64,000 nucleotides of DNA from positions 1,696,001-1,760,000 of the forward strand of contig OZ242005.1 in NCBI GenBank assembly GCA_965204725.1, in the 5' to 3' direction. The stretch's first letter is position 1, and each line of letters starts with the position of its first letter. The notes beneath the pieces were generated by a model that was not told the DNA's origin, ran no database searches, and saw only the letters and a program-made list of their open reading frames with translations. Shown here piece after piece: positions 39,036 to 48,308 of the stretch. Source of the stretch: Candidatus Latescibacterota bacterium. GTDB taxonomy: Bacteria > Latescibacterota > UBA2968 > UBA8231. A program made the translations under genes and the position numbers.

Positions 39036-40321
39036 TGTCCCAGCGGAAAGGCGATCACCTCGTCTAAGCAAGACGCGCCGGCAACGACCATGACCAACCG
39101 GTCCAACCCCAAGGCCACGCCACCCGCCGGCGGAATACCCCGCTCCATCGCCGCGAGAAACGCCTCGTCGGCCGGTGCGCCCCCCGGCTGTGCCCCCCGC
39201 GCAAAGCGCGCGCGCTGTTGGGCTGGGTCGTTTAACTCGGTATAACCGTTTGATAACTCCACCCCGCCCAAGTACGCTTCCGTTCTCTCGGCTACAGCCG
39301 GGTCGCCTTCTTTTAGTTTAGCCAAGGCGGCTAACGGCCGAGGATAATCGAAAAGGTGGACCGCCCCGAGTTTAGCCAATTCTGGCTCGACTTTTTCCAG
39401 CAGAATTTTGTGGTATAGGTCCTGCCAACGGTCCTCTCGTCTAGTGCTGCCATAGCCTAGGGCCTGGGCGCGGCGAAACAGCACTTCCGCGCTGGCACAC
39501 GCATCCAAATCAACCGCAGCCCAGCGCATAAAGGCCGCGCGGACGCTGATCCGCTCCCACGGCGGCTGCACGTCGATCGCCCGCCCTTGTCGGACTACGC
39601 TCGGCCGCCCTAAGACGCTTTCCACCACATAAGCGACCAAGTTTTCGACATCGGCCATGATTTCCTCGTAACTGGCGTACGCTCGATACCATTCGATTAG
39701 GGTAAATTCGGGGTTGTGTTGCGGCCCGCTCTCCCCATTGCGGTACGAGCGGCTAATCTGGTAAATCCGCTCAAAGCCCACCCCTAGCAGCCGCTTCATG
39801 TACAGCTCGGGCGAGGGGGCGAGGTAAAGCGGTTCGCGCACCTTATGCCCTTGGTATTCCGTGGCGAACAGCTGTATGTGTTCCTCTTGCGCCGAGGCGC
39901 GCACCAACGTGGGCGTCTCCACCGCGAGGAAGTTCGCAGCCCGAAAAAAACCGTGGACGGCGTCTAACACGGCGGCCCGCACTCGCAGGTTAGCCCCCAG
40001 CCTGTTGGCGTGGAACCGCGCCCAATCTCCCCGCTGCCATGCCGCCTCGCTAGGGGCTAATAAACGAATTTGATTGACAACGATAACTCCTTCTACAACA
40101 ATCCCATATAACTCGACTATGTCTCCGGCTTGTACCCCTTCTGCCCGCGTCTTCACGACGAGATCAACCGCTCCGCTCTCGTCGGCTATTCTGCCCCGAC
40201 CAGCCGCGAAGTGGAGGAGCCGTCCCCGCACAGCCACTTCCCCGACCGCGCTGGCCGTGCTGGCCGCAGGCTGGTGCCGCCACAGCACCCGCGCTGGATA
40301 GTCCCTAGACTTAGACTGCAT
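39032..40321 (-). CDS. epmA: EF-P lysine aminoacylase EpmA/GenX with an N-terminal OB-fold-like extension
   Basis: [26 protein letters not shown]...[42 protein letters not shown]. Confidence 0.85.
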   Translation of the reverse strand: MQSKSRDYPARVLWRHQPAASTASAVGEVAVRGRLLHFAAGRGRIADESGAVDLVVKTRAEGVQAGDIVELYGIVVEGVIVVNQIRLLAPSEAAWQRGDWARFHANRLGANLRVRAAVLDAVHGFFRAANFLAVETPTLVRASAQEEHIQLFATEYQGHKVREPLYLAPSPELYMKRLLGVGFERIYQISRSYRNGESGPQHNPEFTLIEWYRAYASYEEIMADVENLVAYVVESVLGRPSVVRQGRAIDVQPPWERISVRAAFMRWAAVDLDACASAEVLFRRAQALGYGSTRREDRWQDLYHKILLEKVEPELAKLGAVHLFDYPRPLAALAKLKEGDPAVAERTEAYLGGVELSNGYTELNDPAQQRARFARGAQPGGAPADEAFLAAMERGIPPAGGVALGLDRLVMVVAGASCLDEVIAFPLGH

Positions 40322-40332
40322 GGCATTTTTCC

Positions 40333-40377
40333 AAAAAAAAACCCTTCTCGACCAGCGCGGTCGCTGGCTGAGAAGGG
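40333..40377 (-). terminator. Rho-independent terminator between clpX and epmA
   Basis: CCCTTCTC...CCAGCG ACCG CGCTGG...GAGAAGGG followed by T9 on the minus strand. Confidence 0.85.
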
Positions 40378-40410
40378 ACCTAGTGAAAGCTCAAAACCCT
40401 AATTTGGCGA

Positions 40411-41637
40411 TCAAGCCCGCTTCTTGTTGTACACGAAGGTTGGCGGGGCCTTGTTTTCGATGAACTCCTTGGTAATGACGCATTCGGCGACGTCGTCGCG
40501 GGCCGGGAGGTCGAACATGATCTCAAACATGACGGTTTCTAAGACCGCCCGCAGACCGCGTGCGCCCATCTCTTTTTCTTGGGTCAATTCGACGACCTTC
40601 TCCAGGGCCTCCTCTTCAAACCGCAGGGCCATGCCGTCCATTTCAAACAGCTTCTGGTACTGCTTGACGAGTGCGTTGCGCGGCTTGAGCAGGATGTCCA
40701 TTAGTGCCTGATCGCTGAGGGGGTGCAAGATACCCGCCACTGGCAAGCGACCAATCAACTCGGGAATTAGGCCGTACTGGATCAGTTCTTCGGGTTCGAC
40801 GCGCGCCAACAGATTGGCCCCGTCCATTTCCTCGCGGTCGTCGAGCGGGCTGCCAAAACCTATGGACTTGGTTCCGATGCGCTGGCTGATAATTTTGTCC
40901 AGCCCATCGAAAGCCCCCCCGCAAATAAAGAGAATGTTTTTGGTATTTATTTGGACCAAAGGCTGTTCGGGGTGCTTGCGCCCACCCTTGGGAGGCACTC
41001 CCGACACCGTCCCCTCTAAAATTTTGAGGAGTTCCTGTTGGACGCCCTCGCCTGAAACATCGCGGGTTATGGAGGGATTGCCGGATTTGCGGGCGACTTT
41101 GTCCAGCTCGTCGATAAACAAGATCCCGCGCTCGGCTTGTTTGACATCGTAATCCGCGGCTTGGAGAAGCCGCACGAGGATGTTTTCCACATCCTCGCCT
41201 ACGTACCCAGCCTCGGTGAGGACGGTGGCATCGACGATGGCAAAGGGCACTTGTAGTACGCGCGCCAACGTCTCCGCCAAAAGCGTCTTGCCCACTCCGG
41301 TGGGGCCGATGAGCAGGATATTGCTCTTGCTGAGCTGAACATCTGCAACGCCGGAATGCACCCGCTTGTAGTGATTGTACACGGCGACCGCGAGGGCTTT
41401 TTTGGCGCGTTCTTGACCGATAATATGCGCGTCGAGGTGGGCCTTGATTTCAGCCGGCTTGGGCAAGGGACGACCGTTGAGACTGAGCTCGTGTTTGTCG
41501 TCCTCTGCCAGCACCTCGTTGCACAGGCCAATGCACTCACTGCATATATACACCGAAGGCCCCTGAATAACCTTCTCTACTTGATCGCTTCCCTTGCCGC
41601 AGAACGAACAGGCTGTATCAGGCGTTTTTTTACCCAT
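40411..41637 (-). CDS. clpX: ATP-dependent Clp protease ATP-binding subunit ClpX
   Basis: CSFCGK zinc finger, [46 protein letters not shown] loop. Confidence 0.99.
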   Translation of the reverse strand: MGKKTPDTACSFCGKGSDQVEKVIQGPSVYICSECIGLCNEVLAEDDKHELSLNGRPLPKPAEIKAHLDAHIIGQERAKKALAVAVYNHYKRVHSGVADVQLSKSNILLIGPTGVGKTLLAETLARVLQVPFAIVDATVLTEAGYVGEDVENILVRLLQAADYDVKQAERGILFIDELDKVARKSGNPSITRDVSGEGVQQELLKILEGTVSGVPPKGGRKHPEQPLVQINTKNILFICGGAFDGLDKIISQRIGTKSIGFGSPLDDREEMDGANLLARVEPEELIQYGLIPELIGRLPVAGILHPLSDQALMDILLKPRNALVKQYQKLFEMDGMALRFEEEALEKVVELTQEKEMGARGLRAVLETVMFEIMFDLPARDDVAECVITKEFIENKAPPTFVYNKKRA

Positions 41638-41643
41638 CTTCCC

Positions 41644-42270
41644 CTACGACTGACCGCCCTCGTCGTCTTGGGGGGGCGCCGCGCTGTCTTCGCTGTCCGC
41701 GGCGTCGCCGTTGGCGTTTTCAGCCTCCCCGGTTTCGTCGAGAGGCCCGGTCGCGGTTGCCGCGGCGGTCTCCTCCTCGGCCTTGTCTTGGCCGGCCTTC
41801 ATCACGTTGATGGCCTGAAACCCCTTGGCAGTGCGGGTCACCATGAACTGCACTTCGTCGTCTTGGCTTAAGCTCCGTTCCCAAGATGAAATGTCGCGCC
41901 AGTGGACAAAGACATCGACATGGCTATCTGTAGAAATAAAACCATATCCCTTATCGTTGTTAAACCACTTGACTACGCCTGTTGTCCACTTGTTTTCCTC
42001 TAGGGCGCGGCGCTCATGCGTCGGGGGGCCGCTCTCCGCAGTGCCGGGGAGCGGGCGAGGCGGCTGTTTCTTTCCCTCACTCTCCAGAACGCGGGCGAGT
42101 ACGTCTTGCTTGAGCCCTTGGCCCCCCTCGGCCCCTTGCGCTATCCACTCGACAGCCGTCATCATACCTATGACGTAAGGACTATCGTTGCCATAGAGCT
42201 TGCGGGCATCTCCTATGCGTTGAGCCAGTTCGCTCACCACCGTGCTTTCTAAATGTATTGAACTACCCAA
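41644..42270 (-). CDS. Cold-shock domain protein with N-terminal extension and acidic tail
   Basis: GVVKWFNNDKGYGFI...DVFVHW...SL...DEVQF....KG.QA.NV; GGAGGAG upstream of the TTG start. Confidence 0.9.
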   Translation of the reverse strand: MGSSIHLESTVVSELAQRIGDARKLYGNDSPYVIGMMTAVEWIAQGAEGGQGLKQDVLARVLESEGKKQPPRPLPGTAESGPPTHERRALEENKWTTGVVKWFNNDKGYGFISTDSHVDVFVHWRDISSWERSLSQDDEVQFMVTRTAKGFQAINVMKAGQDKAEEETAAATATGPLDETGEAENANGDAADSEDSAAPPQDDEGGQS

Positions 42271-42367
42271 TGTAATCTACTCCTCCTACCCCTTAAAGGG
42301 CCTTAAATGCCTCTTAGCGAAGTGTGGGATATGAGACGATGTAGTTAAGCACATCTATATAGGTTTG

Positions 42368-43759
42368 TCAACCTACTCTAAATCGGTATTGCTTGACCCC
42401 TTCGTAGATGGTTTGGACGCTCACTTTCGCGATGCCCGTGAGCGGTACGGCGATCAGCATCCCGACGATGCCCATTAACTGGCTTCCCACCATGACGACA
42501 AAGAGGACGACTAAAGGGTGCAACTCAACGCTTTTGGCCACCATTGTCGGTTGAATGAGTACGTTGTCGATCAGTTGAATGACCAAGAACATAACGATCA
42601 CTTTGGTCACCATCGCCAAACCCCCGCCGGTAGCCAAGGCCACAATCGACGAGCAGACGATCCCGATCAAGGGCCCGAGATATGGGATTACGTTGGCCAA
42701 CCCGGCGAGTATCCCCAGAGGCAGAGCATAATAGACGCCGATAATGGACAAGCCGCTAACGGAGAGCGTCGATACGAGGAGGACCGCCAAAAGCTGGCCG
42801 CGGATATAATTCCCGATCTGTTTATTGGCTTGATACATTAGGTTTAGGCACAATTCAAAATAGGCGTTGGGCACCAAGGCCATCAGGCACCGCGTCAAGC
42901 GCCGCCCCTCTTTGAGGAAGAAGAACGCCACAAACGGCACGAGCACCGCAAAAGTAAGGCCCGAGATCACGCCCTCGATAAACATGGTAGTGCCCCCCAA
43001 CATGGTCTTTAGCAGCCGCTCGCCGTACTCCCGGATCAACTCCGCGAGACGGAAATCACTTCCCAAATAAGGCTGTAGCATAGGCTCAATTTTTGAAGCC
43101 CTAGCGCTGGTTTCCGTTAGGATCCTATCGCCGATTTCCACCAAGACGTTGGGAGCCGCCTCGCCAAAGCCAATATCGGTGCGCGAAAACGCAACGGACC
43201 TCGGGCTTTCGCCGGCCGCTTGGCCGCCGGCGACCAAACCGCTATTGCCGTGGACGCTGATGCGCTGGCGGTACTCGGCCTTGCCCTGCGAGTACTCGAT
43301 CAAGAGCGCGTTTGCGGCCGGTGCGTGGTCCTTGGGAACAAAGCGAAGGTGAACTGCCAACTCCTCCATAGGAGCAATTTCTAGCGGCCAGCGGTATTCC
43401 CCTCTTAGACTAAACGGCTGTTCCCGCGAGTCGTCTTCCCAAGCTATCCTTTGGATACTCAGGAGTTTATCTCCGGTGTTGGCGATGGTAAAAACCCTAT
43501 CGACCGTTTCTCCGGTCAGCTTATCGCCAACCTTGAATACGCCTAGCCCCAATCCGGCGAAAACGAGCGAAAAGACGAGGAGGGTACTCCAAACCCGCCC
43601 CAACCCCTTTCTCTCCAGCCAATCGATGATTGGGTGAAGGACATAGGCCAAGACGAACGCCAAAACAAACGGAGTGAGAATTCCGCGAATCTCGTATAGA
43701 AACCACCCGACAGCCGCTAGGGCCACCAAGCCGACTGCGACTTTAAGTTGCCAATTCAT
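42368..43759 (-). CDS. AI-2E (PerM/TqsA) family transporter with an inserted soluble domain
   Basis: LTPFVLAFVLAYVLHPIIDWLE, FFFLKEG, IGNYIRGQL, ANVIPYLGP, QLIDN.LIQP...KSVELHPL, GMLIAVP. Confidence 0.92.
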   Translation of the reverse strand: MNWQLKVAVGLVALAAVGWFLYEIRGILTPFVLAFVLAYVLHPIIDWLERKGLGRVWSTLLVFSLVFAGLGLGVFKVGDKLTGETVDRVFTIANTGDKLLSIQRIAWEDDSREQPFSLRGEYRWPLEIAPMEELAVHLRFVPKDHAPAANALLIEYSQGKAEYRQRISVHGNSGLVAGGQAAGESPRSVAFSRTDIGFGEAAPNVLVEIGDRILTETSARASKIEPMLQPYLGSDFRLAELIREYGERLLKTMLGGTTMFIEGVISGLTFAVLVPFVAFFFLKEGRRLTRCLMALVPNAYFELCLNLMYQANKQIGNYIRGQLLAVLLVSTLSVSGLSIIGVYYALPLGILAGLANVIPYLGPLIGIVCSSIVALATGGGLAMVTKVIVMFLVIQLIDNVLIQPTMVAKSVELHPLVVLFVVMVGSQLMGIVGMLIAVPLTGIAKVSVQTIYEGVKQYRFRVG

Positions 43760-43822
43760 TGTAATTACCTGCTCTGCTCGCCGCGCCTCTCTTACTCTTA
43801 ACAGGGGCGCGAGGATCCGCAG

Positions 43823-44353
43823 CTATACCGAGAGCTTCTTTGTTAATTCGGATACGTCGGCTGAGACCGCTTGGGCCAGGCCTTTGAGCATCTTTAAGGA
43901 AAGTGGGGTGTTGCCCTGTAGGAGTTCGAGTACGTCGGGGCGACAAAACACGAGGAGGCTACAAGGTTGGACAGCGTAGGCCGAAGCGGGGCGCGGCGAT
44001 TCGTCTATAAGGGCTTGTTCGCCAAAAAAATCCCCCCGGGTCAAGGTGGCTAGCGGCTTCTCAACCCCATCGTCGCCCATCTGTGCGACCCGCACTTGGC
44101 CGGCGGCGACGATGTACATCCCTATCCCGGGATCCCCTTGGTTGATAATCGTCTCGCGGGCGCGCCAATTCCGTGGCCCGTAGAGCATCTCTTCTATCTT
44201 GTGCAGCTCTCGCCCGCTCAATTCCTGAAAAAGGGGCATTTTCTGCAAGAGCTTGTAGGTGGGGGTCTCTTCCGCCTTGTGACCGCTCCGTACGCGCTCT
44301 TGCAGACCGTGCAGGCGGCGAAAGACCGGCCTCCAGATGGGATTAGACGGCAT
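43823..44353 (-). CDS. Stand-alone cyclic-nucleotide-binding domain protein
   Basis: LQKMPLFQEL, IINQGDPG.GMYIV..GQV, GDFFGEQALIDESPRPASA; no HTH. Confidence 0.9.
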   Translation of the reverse strand: MPSNPIWRPVFRRLHGLQERVRSGHKAEETPTYKLLQKMPLFQELSGRELHKIEEMLYGPRNWRARETIINQGDPGIGMYIVAAGQVRVAQMGDDGVEKPLATLTRGDFFGEQALIDESPRPASAYAVQPCSLLVFCRPDVLELLQGNTPLSLKMLKGLAQAVSADVSELTKKLSV

Positions 44354-44405
44354 GGTTAGCACTCCCGCTCAGACGACCAACGCCCAAACTCGCTCCCCCG
44401 CACGA

Positions 44406-44732
44406 TTAGGCCAATGCGGCCTCCAGCTTTGCGGTGATTTGCCCTTTGGAGACAGCACCAATGATCTGGTCTGCGACTTTGCCCTCTTTGAAGATGAGCA
44501 AGGTGGGAATGCTGCGGATGCCGAATTCGGCCGCTGTTTTCTCGGCGGTGTCGACGTCTAGCTTGCACACTTTGGCCCGGCCTTCGTATTCACCGCTCAA
44601 TTCTTGGACAATCGGCGCAATCATTCGGCACGGACCGCACCACGTCGCCCAGAAATCCACGAGCACGGGCAGGCTCGCTTTGAGAACTTCAGTGCTGAAA
44701 TTGTCATCGGTTAAGACAGTTGGTTCGCTCAC
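44406..44732 (-). CDS. trxA: Thioredoxin
   Basis: VLVDFWATWCGPCRMIAP, IRSIPTLLIFK. Confidence 0.98.
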   Translation of the reverse strand: MSEPTVLTDDNFSTEVLKASLPVLVDFWATWCGPCRMIAPIVQELSGEYEGRAKVCKLDVDTAEKTAAEFGIRSIPTLLIFKEGKVADQIIGAVSKGQITAKLEAALA

Positions 44733-44803
44733 GATAGGTCCTTTGCTTGTTGGTTTATACTTATACTTTTCAACAGGTTACAAACACAATACCTTGTGTT
44801 TCA

Positions 44804-44833
44804 ATTATAGCCTTGACACAACCCATTGTCAAG
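44804..44833 (-). promoter_or_regulatory. Consensus sigma70 promoter for trxA, overlapped by a palindrome
   Basis: TTGACA-17 nt-TATAAT; inverted repeat CTTGACA-N8-TGTCAAG at 44812-44833. Confidence 0.85.
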
Positions 44834-44834
44834 C

Positions 44835-45875
44835 TTAGCGCTTCCGGCACAACTTGGCCACCAACAGTTCCAAAACCAAGTGCTCTTGGCGTCGCCCCTG
44901 CGATTTTAGACGCCAATCGGCCTCCTTTAAGGCACTCAAACCCGCCCACAGCCAAGCGGTGGAGCGACGCTGGGCCTGCTCTAAATAGCCGGACAAAAAG
45001 AACGGCGCAACTCCCAATTCGGCGGCCATTTTGTCGCGCGGCAACGATTGGCCCCTTAGCCCCTTCGCCTTGAGCAAAAGCTGGAAGTGGCGGGCGACCA
45101 TGACGACGGCGCGGGTCGGCTCTTCTCCCTCGTTGAGCAATTTTCGCATCAACTCTTGCGCTAGCTTGCCCTGCCCTTTGCCGAGGGCATCGGCGAGGTC
45201 GAACACGCTGGCCCCGCGCGTGATGCCAGCGACTTGCTCGACCGCAGCGGCGGTGATCGGCCGGCCCACGCCAGCAAAACTGACCAACTTTTCTATTTCG
45301 CTGACCAGCTCGCGCGGCTTAGCCCCTACGTACTGGCTGAGCAGTTGGATGGCCTCGGGCTCGATCGGTATCCCCTGACGCTTGGCGTACCGCTGTATCC
45401 ACCGCGGAACTTGGTTGTCGTAGGGCGGCCTAAATTCTAGCGCACGTCCCTTGCGCGAGAGCTCGCGAAAGAACTTCCGACGCATATCGACCTTTCGGCC
45501 ACCCACTACCAGCAGCCGACTCGTCTCCACGGGCGTTACAAATACGCGCTCCAAGCCACGGCACTGATCGGCCTCTAGGGCCTCGGCATCGCGCAACACA
45601 ATCAGTCGGCTCTCGGCCATCATGGGATAGGTCTCATAGACTTGGAAAAAATCCAGTATCTCCAAGCGTTCGCGTCCGCGTTCGCTTTTGGCCCTTAGTA
45701 CGTCGAGGTTGAAATCCCGCGTCTGGGCTGGTGCCAAGGCTTCGATCATAGACGCGACCACCGCTTCGCGCTCGTATTCTTCATCGCCGTGTAGCAAATA
45801 AAAGGGCCGAATATCTCCCTTGGAAATTTCGGCCAGCAGCTCTTCGGGACTGAGTCCTTTCGCTCTCTTAGCCAC
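44835..45875 (-). CDS. holA: DNA polymerase III delta subunit
   Basis: PFYLLHGDE, DFNLD, YPMMAESRLIVL, SEIEKL, SVFDLADA, LGVAPFF, AD..LK. Confidence 0.93.
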   Translation of the reverse strand: MAKRAKGLSPEELLAEISKGDIRPFYLLHGDEEYEREAVVASMIEALAPAQTRDFNLDVLRAKSERGRERLEILDFFQVYETYPMMAESRLIVLRDAEALEADQCRGLERVFVTPVETSRLLVVGGRKVDMRRKFFRELSRKGRALEFRPPYDNQVPRWIQRYAKRQGIPIEPEAIQLLSQYVGAKPRELVSEIEKLVSFAGVGRPITAAAVEQVAGITRGASVFDLADALGKGQGKLAQELMRKLLNEGEEPTRAVVMVARHFQLLLKAKGLRGQSLPRDKMAAELGVAPFFLSGYLEQAQRRSTAWLWAGLSALKEADWRLKSQGRRQEHLVLELLVAKLCRKR

Positions 45876-46059
45876 GATCTTTCCGTTCTACCTCCTCTTC
45901 ATCCAATATGCTGTACTCGGCCTCGGCGACTCGGCTCGGATCAATACCATCGCGCTTGTTGGACGCGCCGCGGCTAGAATCGCCCCTTAGCTGCCGATAC
46001 GCGGCGAAACACAGCAACGAGATCAGCAATATAAACAACATGAACAACATGAATTTCAT
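45868..46059 (-). CDS. Small single-pass membrane protein
   Basis: Hydrophobic N-terminus, acidic tail VAEAEYSILDEE, AAGGGA-like SD; overlaps the holA start. Confidence 0.7.
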   Translation of the reverse strand: MKFMLFMLFILLISLLCFAAYRQLRGDSSRGASNKRDGIDPSRVAEAEYSILDEEEVERKDRG

Positions 46060-46103
46060 GGTTTATTCGTCCCTTCTTTTTGCACTAGGCTAGAATTTAA
46101 CGC

Positions 46104-46136
46104 AAAAAGCTCCCCCTGTTACCTACCGGGGGAGCT
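46104..46136 (-). terminator. Rho-independent terminator after the lipoprotein gene
   Basis: AGCTCCCCC...GGGGGAGCT followed by a T-run. Confidence 0.75.
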
Positions 46137-46172
46137 CTACGTAGTGCAAGTGCAGCAGGCGGCGGGCCTCAA

Positions 46173-46628
46173 CTATTTTTCGGCTTGCCACTTGAGCGGG
46201 AAGGGTTCGGTCTTACCGGCATCCTCCCATATTTTCTTTAAGTTGGTGTACACGGTGACAAATTCTTCTTCGACGACCGCAATGCTCTTTTGGGCGTTGG
46301 GCACAAACGTCGGGAAGTCCGGCTCAACTAGCTTGCGCATCGCCGCCTTCAAGCCCCGCTTCATTTTGTTGTTCAAGGCCCGGAGATACTTGTCCTCCAG
46401 CTCGATCTTCTCCAGCTCGTCGAGCAAGGTCTGCATGACCTTTTCGACGTCGTTGGCCTGAGAGGTCATACCCTCGGTCGTTAGGTACACCTGATAGCGC
46501 ATTAGCTGCTGGCTGTGGCGATCCAAGTCCTGCAAGGTTTGGATATAAGGGGTTAGTTCGTCTTTCTTGGCACCTCCGCAGGCCGCAAGCCCGCTGACGA
46601 GCGCGAATAGGATTAGATTTTTGTGCAT
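46173..46628 (-). CDS. Hypothetical helical lipoprotein
   Basis: MHKNLILFALVSGLAAC lipobox, GGAGG SD, own promoter TTGACG-17-TAGGTT at 46672-46700. Confidence 0.8.
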   Translation of the reverse strand: MHKNLILFALVSGLAACGGAKKDELTPYIQTLQDLDRHSQQLMRYQVYLTTEGMTSQANDVEKVMQTLLDELEKIELEDKYLRALNNKMKRGLKAAMRKLVEPDFPTFVPNAQKSIAVVEEEFVTVYTNLKKIWEDAGKTEPFPLKWQAEK

Positions 46629-46674
46629 TGGTTCCTCCATTTCCCCAAGGCATTACCACGCTACAGGCCCCAAC

Positions 46675-47535
46675 CTAACAATCTGTCGGGGGCGCGTCAA
46701 ATGTATGGCGGCGGCGATAGAGCACCGCGTTCAACTCGCCGCCCAACAGTAGGGTAAAAGCGAGCAAATACGTGGACAGCAAGAGGATGATGGCGGTCCC
46801 GAGCACGCCATGGATGATGTTGTAATAGCTGAATCGCTCGATATAATCCAAGGCCGAGGCAATGACCCCGGCCAGCCCAGAACACACCACACTACCCGGC
46901 AATACGTCCAACCAACGCAGACGCCCGGCGGGCATGATGCAGTAAATACAAGTGGTCGTAGCGATCATGCCCACCACGACCACCGCCTGCCTCAACAAGG
47001 CCACCAACGGAGAAAAATGGGAGGAGAGCCAATAGTCCCGCAGCCAACGCTCGACGTGTTCGCCGAATACGATGAGGTTAAAGAAAAAAACGAAAGAAAT
47101 CCCCAAGACCACGACTAAGGCCAGCGAGAGAATGCGCCGCTTGTAAAAGGACCGATGCTCTTGGACGCCGTACGCTCGGTTGAGCGCTATCATCGTAGTG
47201 GACATGCTGGCCGACGCCGGCCAGATGACGCCCAAGAACCCGATGACGAACAAACTTTGCGACGAGAGAAAGTTGATGTTGCTTTCGATGACCTCTAGCA
47301 GCGGGACGGGGATGACAATGCCCAAAATTGCGAGGACTTGGATGAAATCCTCGGGCGATATGCCCAAGATGCCCAATAAGGGCGTCAGGACGAGAATGCC
47401 CGGGAAAATGGCAAATATAAAGTCAAAGGCCATGGCGGCGGCCGCGGTCGTGCAATCGTGGCGGTACGTCGCCACCACGGCATCGCGGCCGACCGCCAAA
47501 TAGAAGGCGATCCGGCCTCTAAGCCCGCTTCTCAC
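46675..47535 (-). CDS. YihY/virulence factor BrkB family membrane protein
   Basis: AAAMAF.FIFAIFP, IWPASA.M....ALNRAY.V.E.R.F.KRR, Y.I.P, YY..IHG.LG..I.LLL, LLLGGELNA. GTG overlaps the hisN stop. Confidence 0.88.
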   Translation of the reverse strand: MRSGLRGRIAFYLAVGRDAVVATYRHDCTTAAAAMAFDFIFAIFPGILVLTPLLGILGISPEDFIQVLAILGIVIPVPLLEVIESNINFLSSQSLFVIGFLGVIWPASASMSTTMIALNRAYGVQEHRSFYKRRILSLALVVVLGISFVFFFNLIVFGEHVERWLRDYWLSSHFSPLVALLRQAVVVVGMIATTTCIYCIMPAGRLRWLDVLPGSVVCSGLAGVIASALDYIERFSYYNIIHGVLGTAIILLLSTYLLAFTLLLGGELNAVLYRRRHTFDAPPTDC

Positions 47536-48308
47536 TGCGGCCGCCCCAGATACTCCATGATGGACGCAAAGAGATGACCGTTGGACGAGAAGGCGTCTTG
47601 GCCGTATATCGTCGGCGCCCCTCGCCAATCGGTAAAGGTGCCTCCGGCTTCCTGCAAAATCGGCAGCAACGGCCCGCAATCCCACGGATTCATAATGGGG
47701 TCAAAGCTGGCCTCAGCCCGGCCCGTGGCCACGAGTATATGGCCGTAACAATCGCCCCACCCCCGGTGTAGTCGAGTGCTGGCGACTAGCTGCCGCCACC
47801 CCGGCTCGCGGCCCTGTTCGGCAAAGCTCGGCCACGACGTATAGCAAATACAGGCCTGACCCAACTCGGCTACGGCCGACACCCTAGCCCGCCGGCCATT
47901 CCACCAACAGCCCTCGCCCCGAGCGGCCCATACCATCTCGTCAAGGGCCGGCATATAGCAACAGCCTACGTCAACGCCATCGGGGCCTTCCCGCGCGATG
48001 AGCACTCCGTAGAGCGGCACCCCTTGGACAAACGATTGCGTACCGTCTATGGGGTCGATAATCCAGCGCACGCCGGAACTTCCCTCGATCTGGCCAAATT
48101 CTTCGCCGACAATCCCATCGTCGGGATAGGCTTTGGCCAGCAAGTCCCGTATCTTGGCTTCGGCTTCGCGGTCGGCGACGGTCACCGGCGAGCGGTCTTC
48201 CTTCCACTCGGCGTGGATGCCCGACTGGAAATAGCGCAAGGTGATCTTGCCCGCTTGCCAGGCCGCCTCTACGGCAAAATCCGCACAGTTCCGCAGCCGA
48301 GTACTCAA
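47532..48308 (-). CDS. hisN: Histidinol-phosphatase, inositol monophosphatase family
   Basis: SPVTVADREAE, GEEFG, WIIDPIDGT.SF..GVPLYG, GDCYGH.LVA.G, WD...L.PI..EAGG.FTDW. Confidence 0.78.
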   Translation of the reverse strand: MSTRLRNCADFAVEAAWQAGKITLRYFQSGIHAEWKEDRSPVTVADREAEAKIRDLLAKAYPDDGIVGEEFGQIEGSSGVRWIIDPIDGTQSFVQGVPLYGVLIAREGPDGVDVGCCYMPALDEMVWAARGEGCWWNGRRARVSAVAELGQACICYTSWPSFAEQGREPGWRQLVASTRLHRGWGDCYGHILVATGRAEASFDPIMNPWDCGPLLPILQEAGGTFTDWRGAPTIYGQDAFSSNGHLFASIMEYLGRPQ

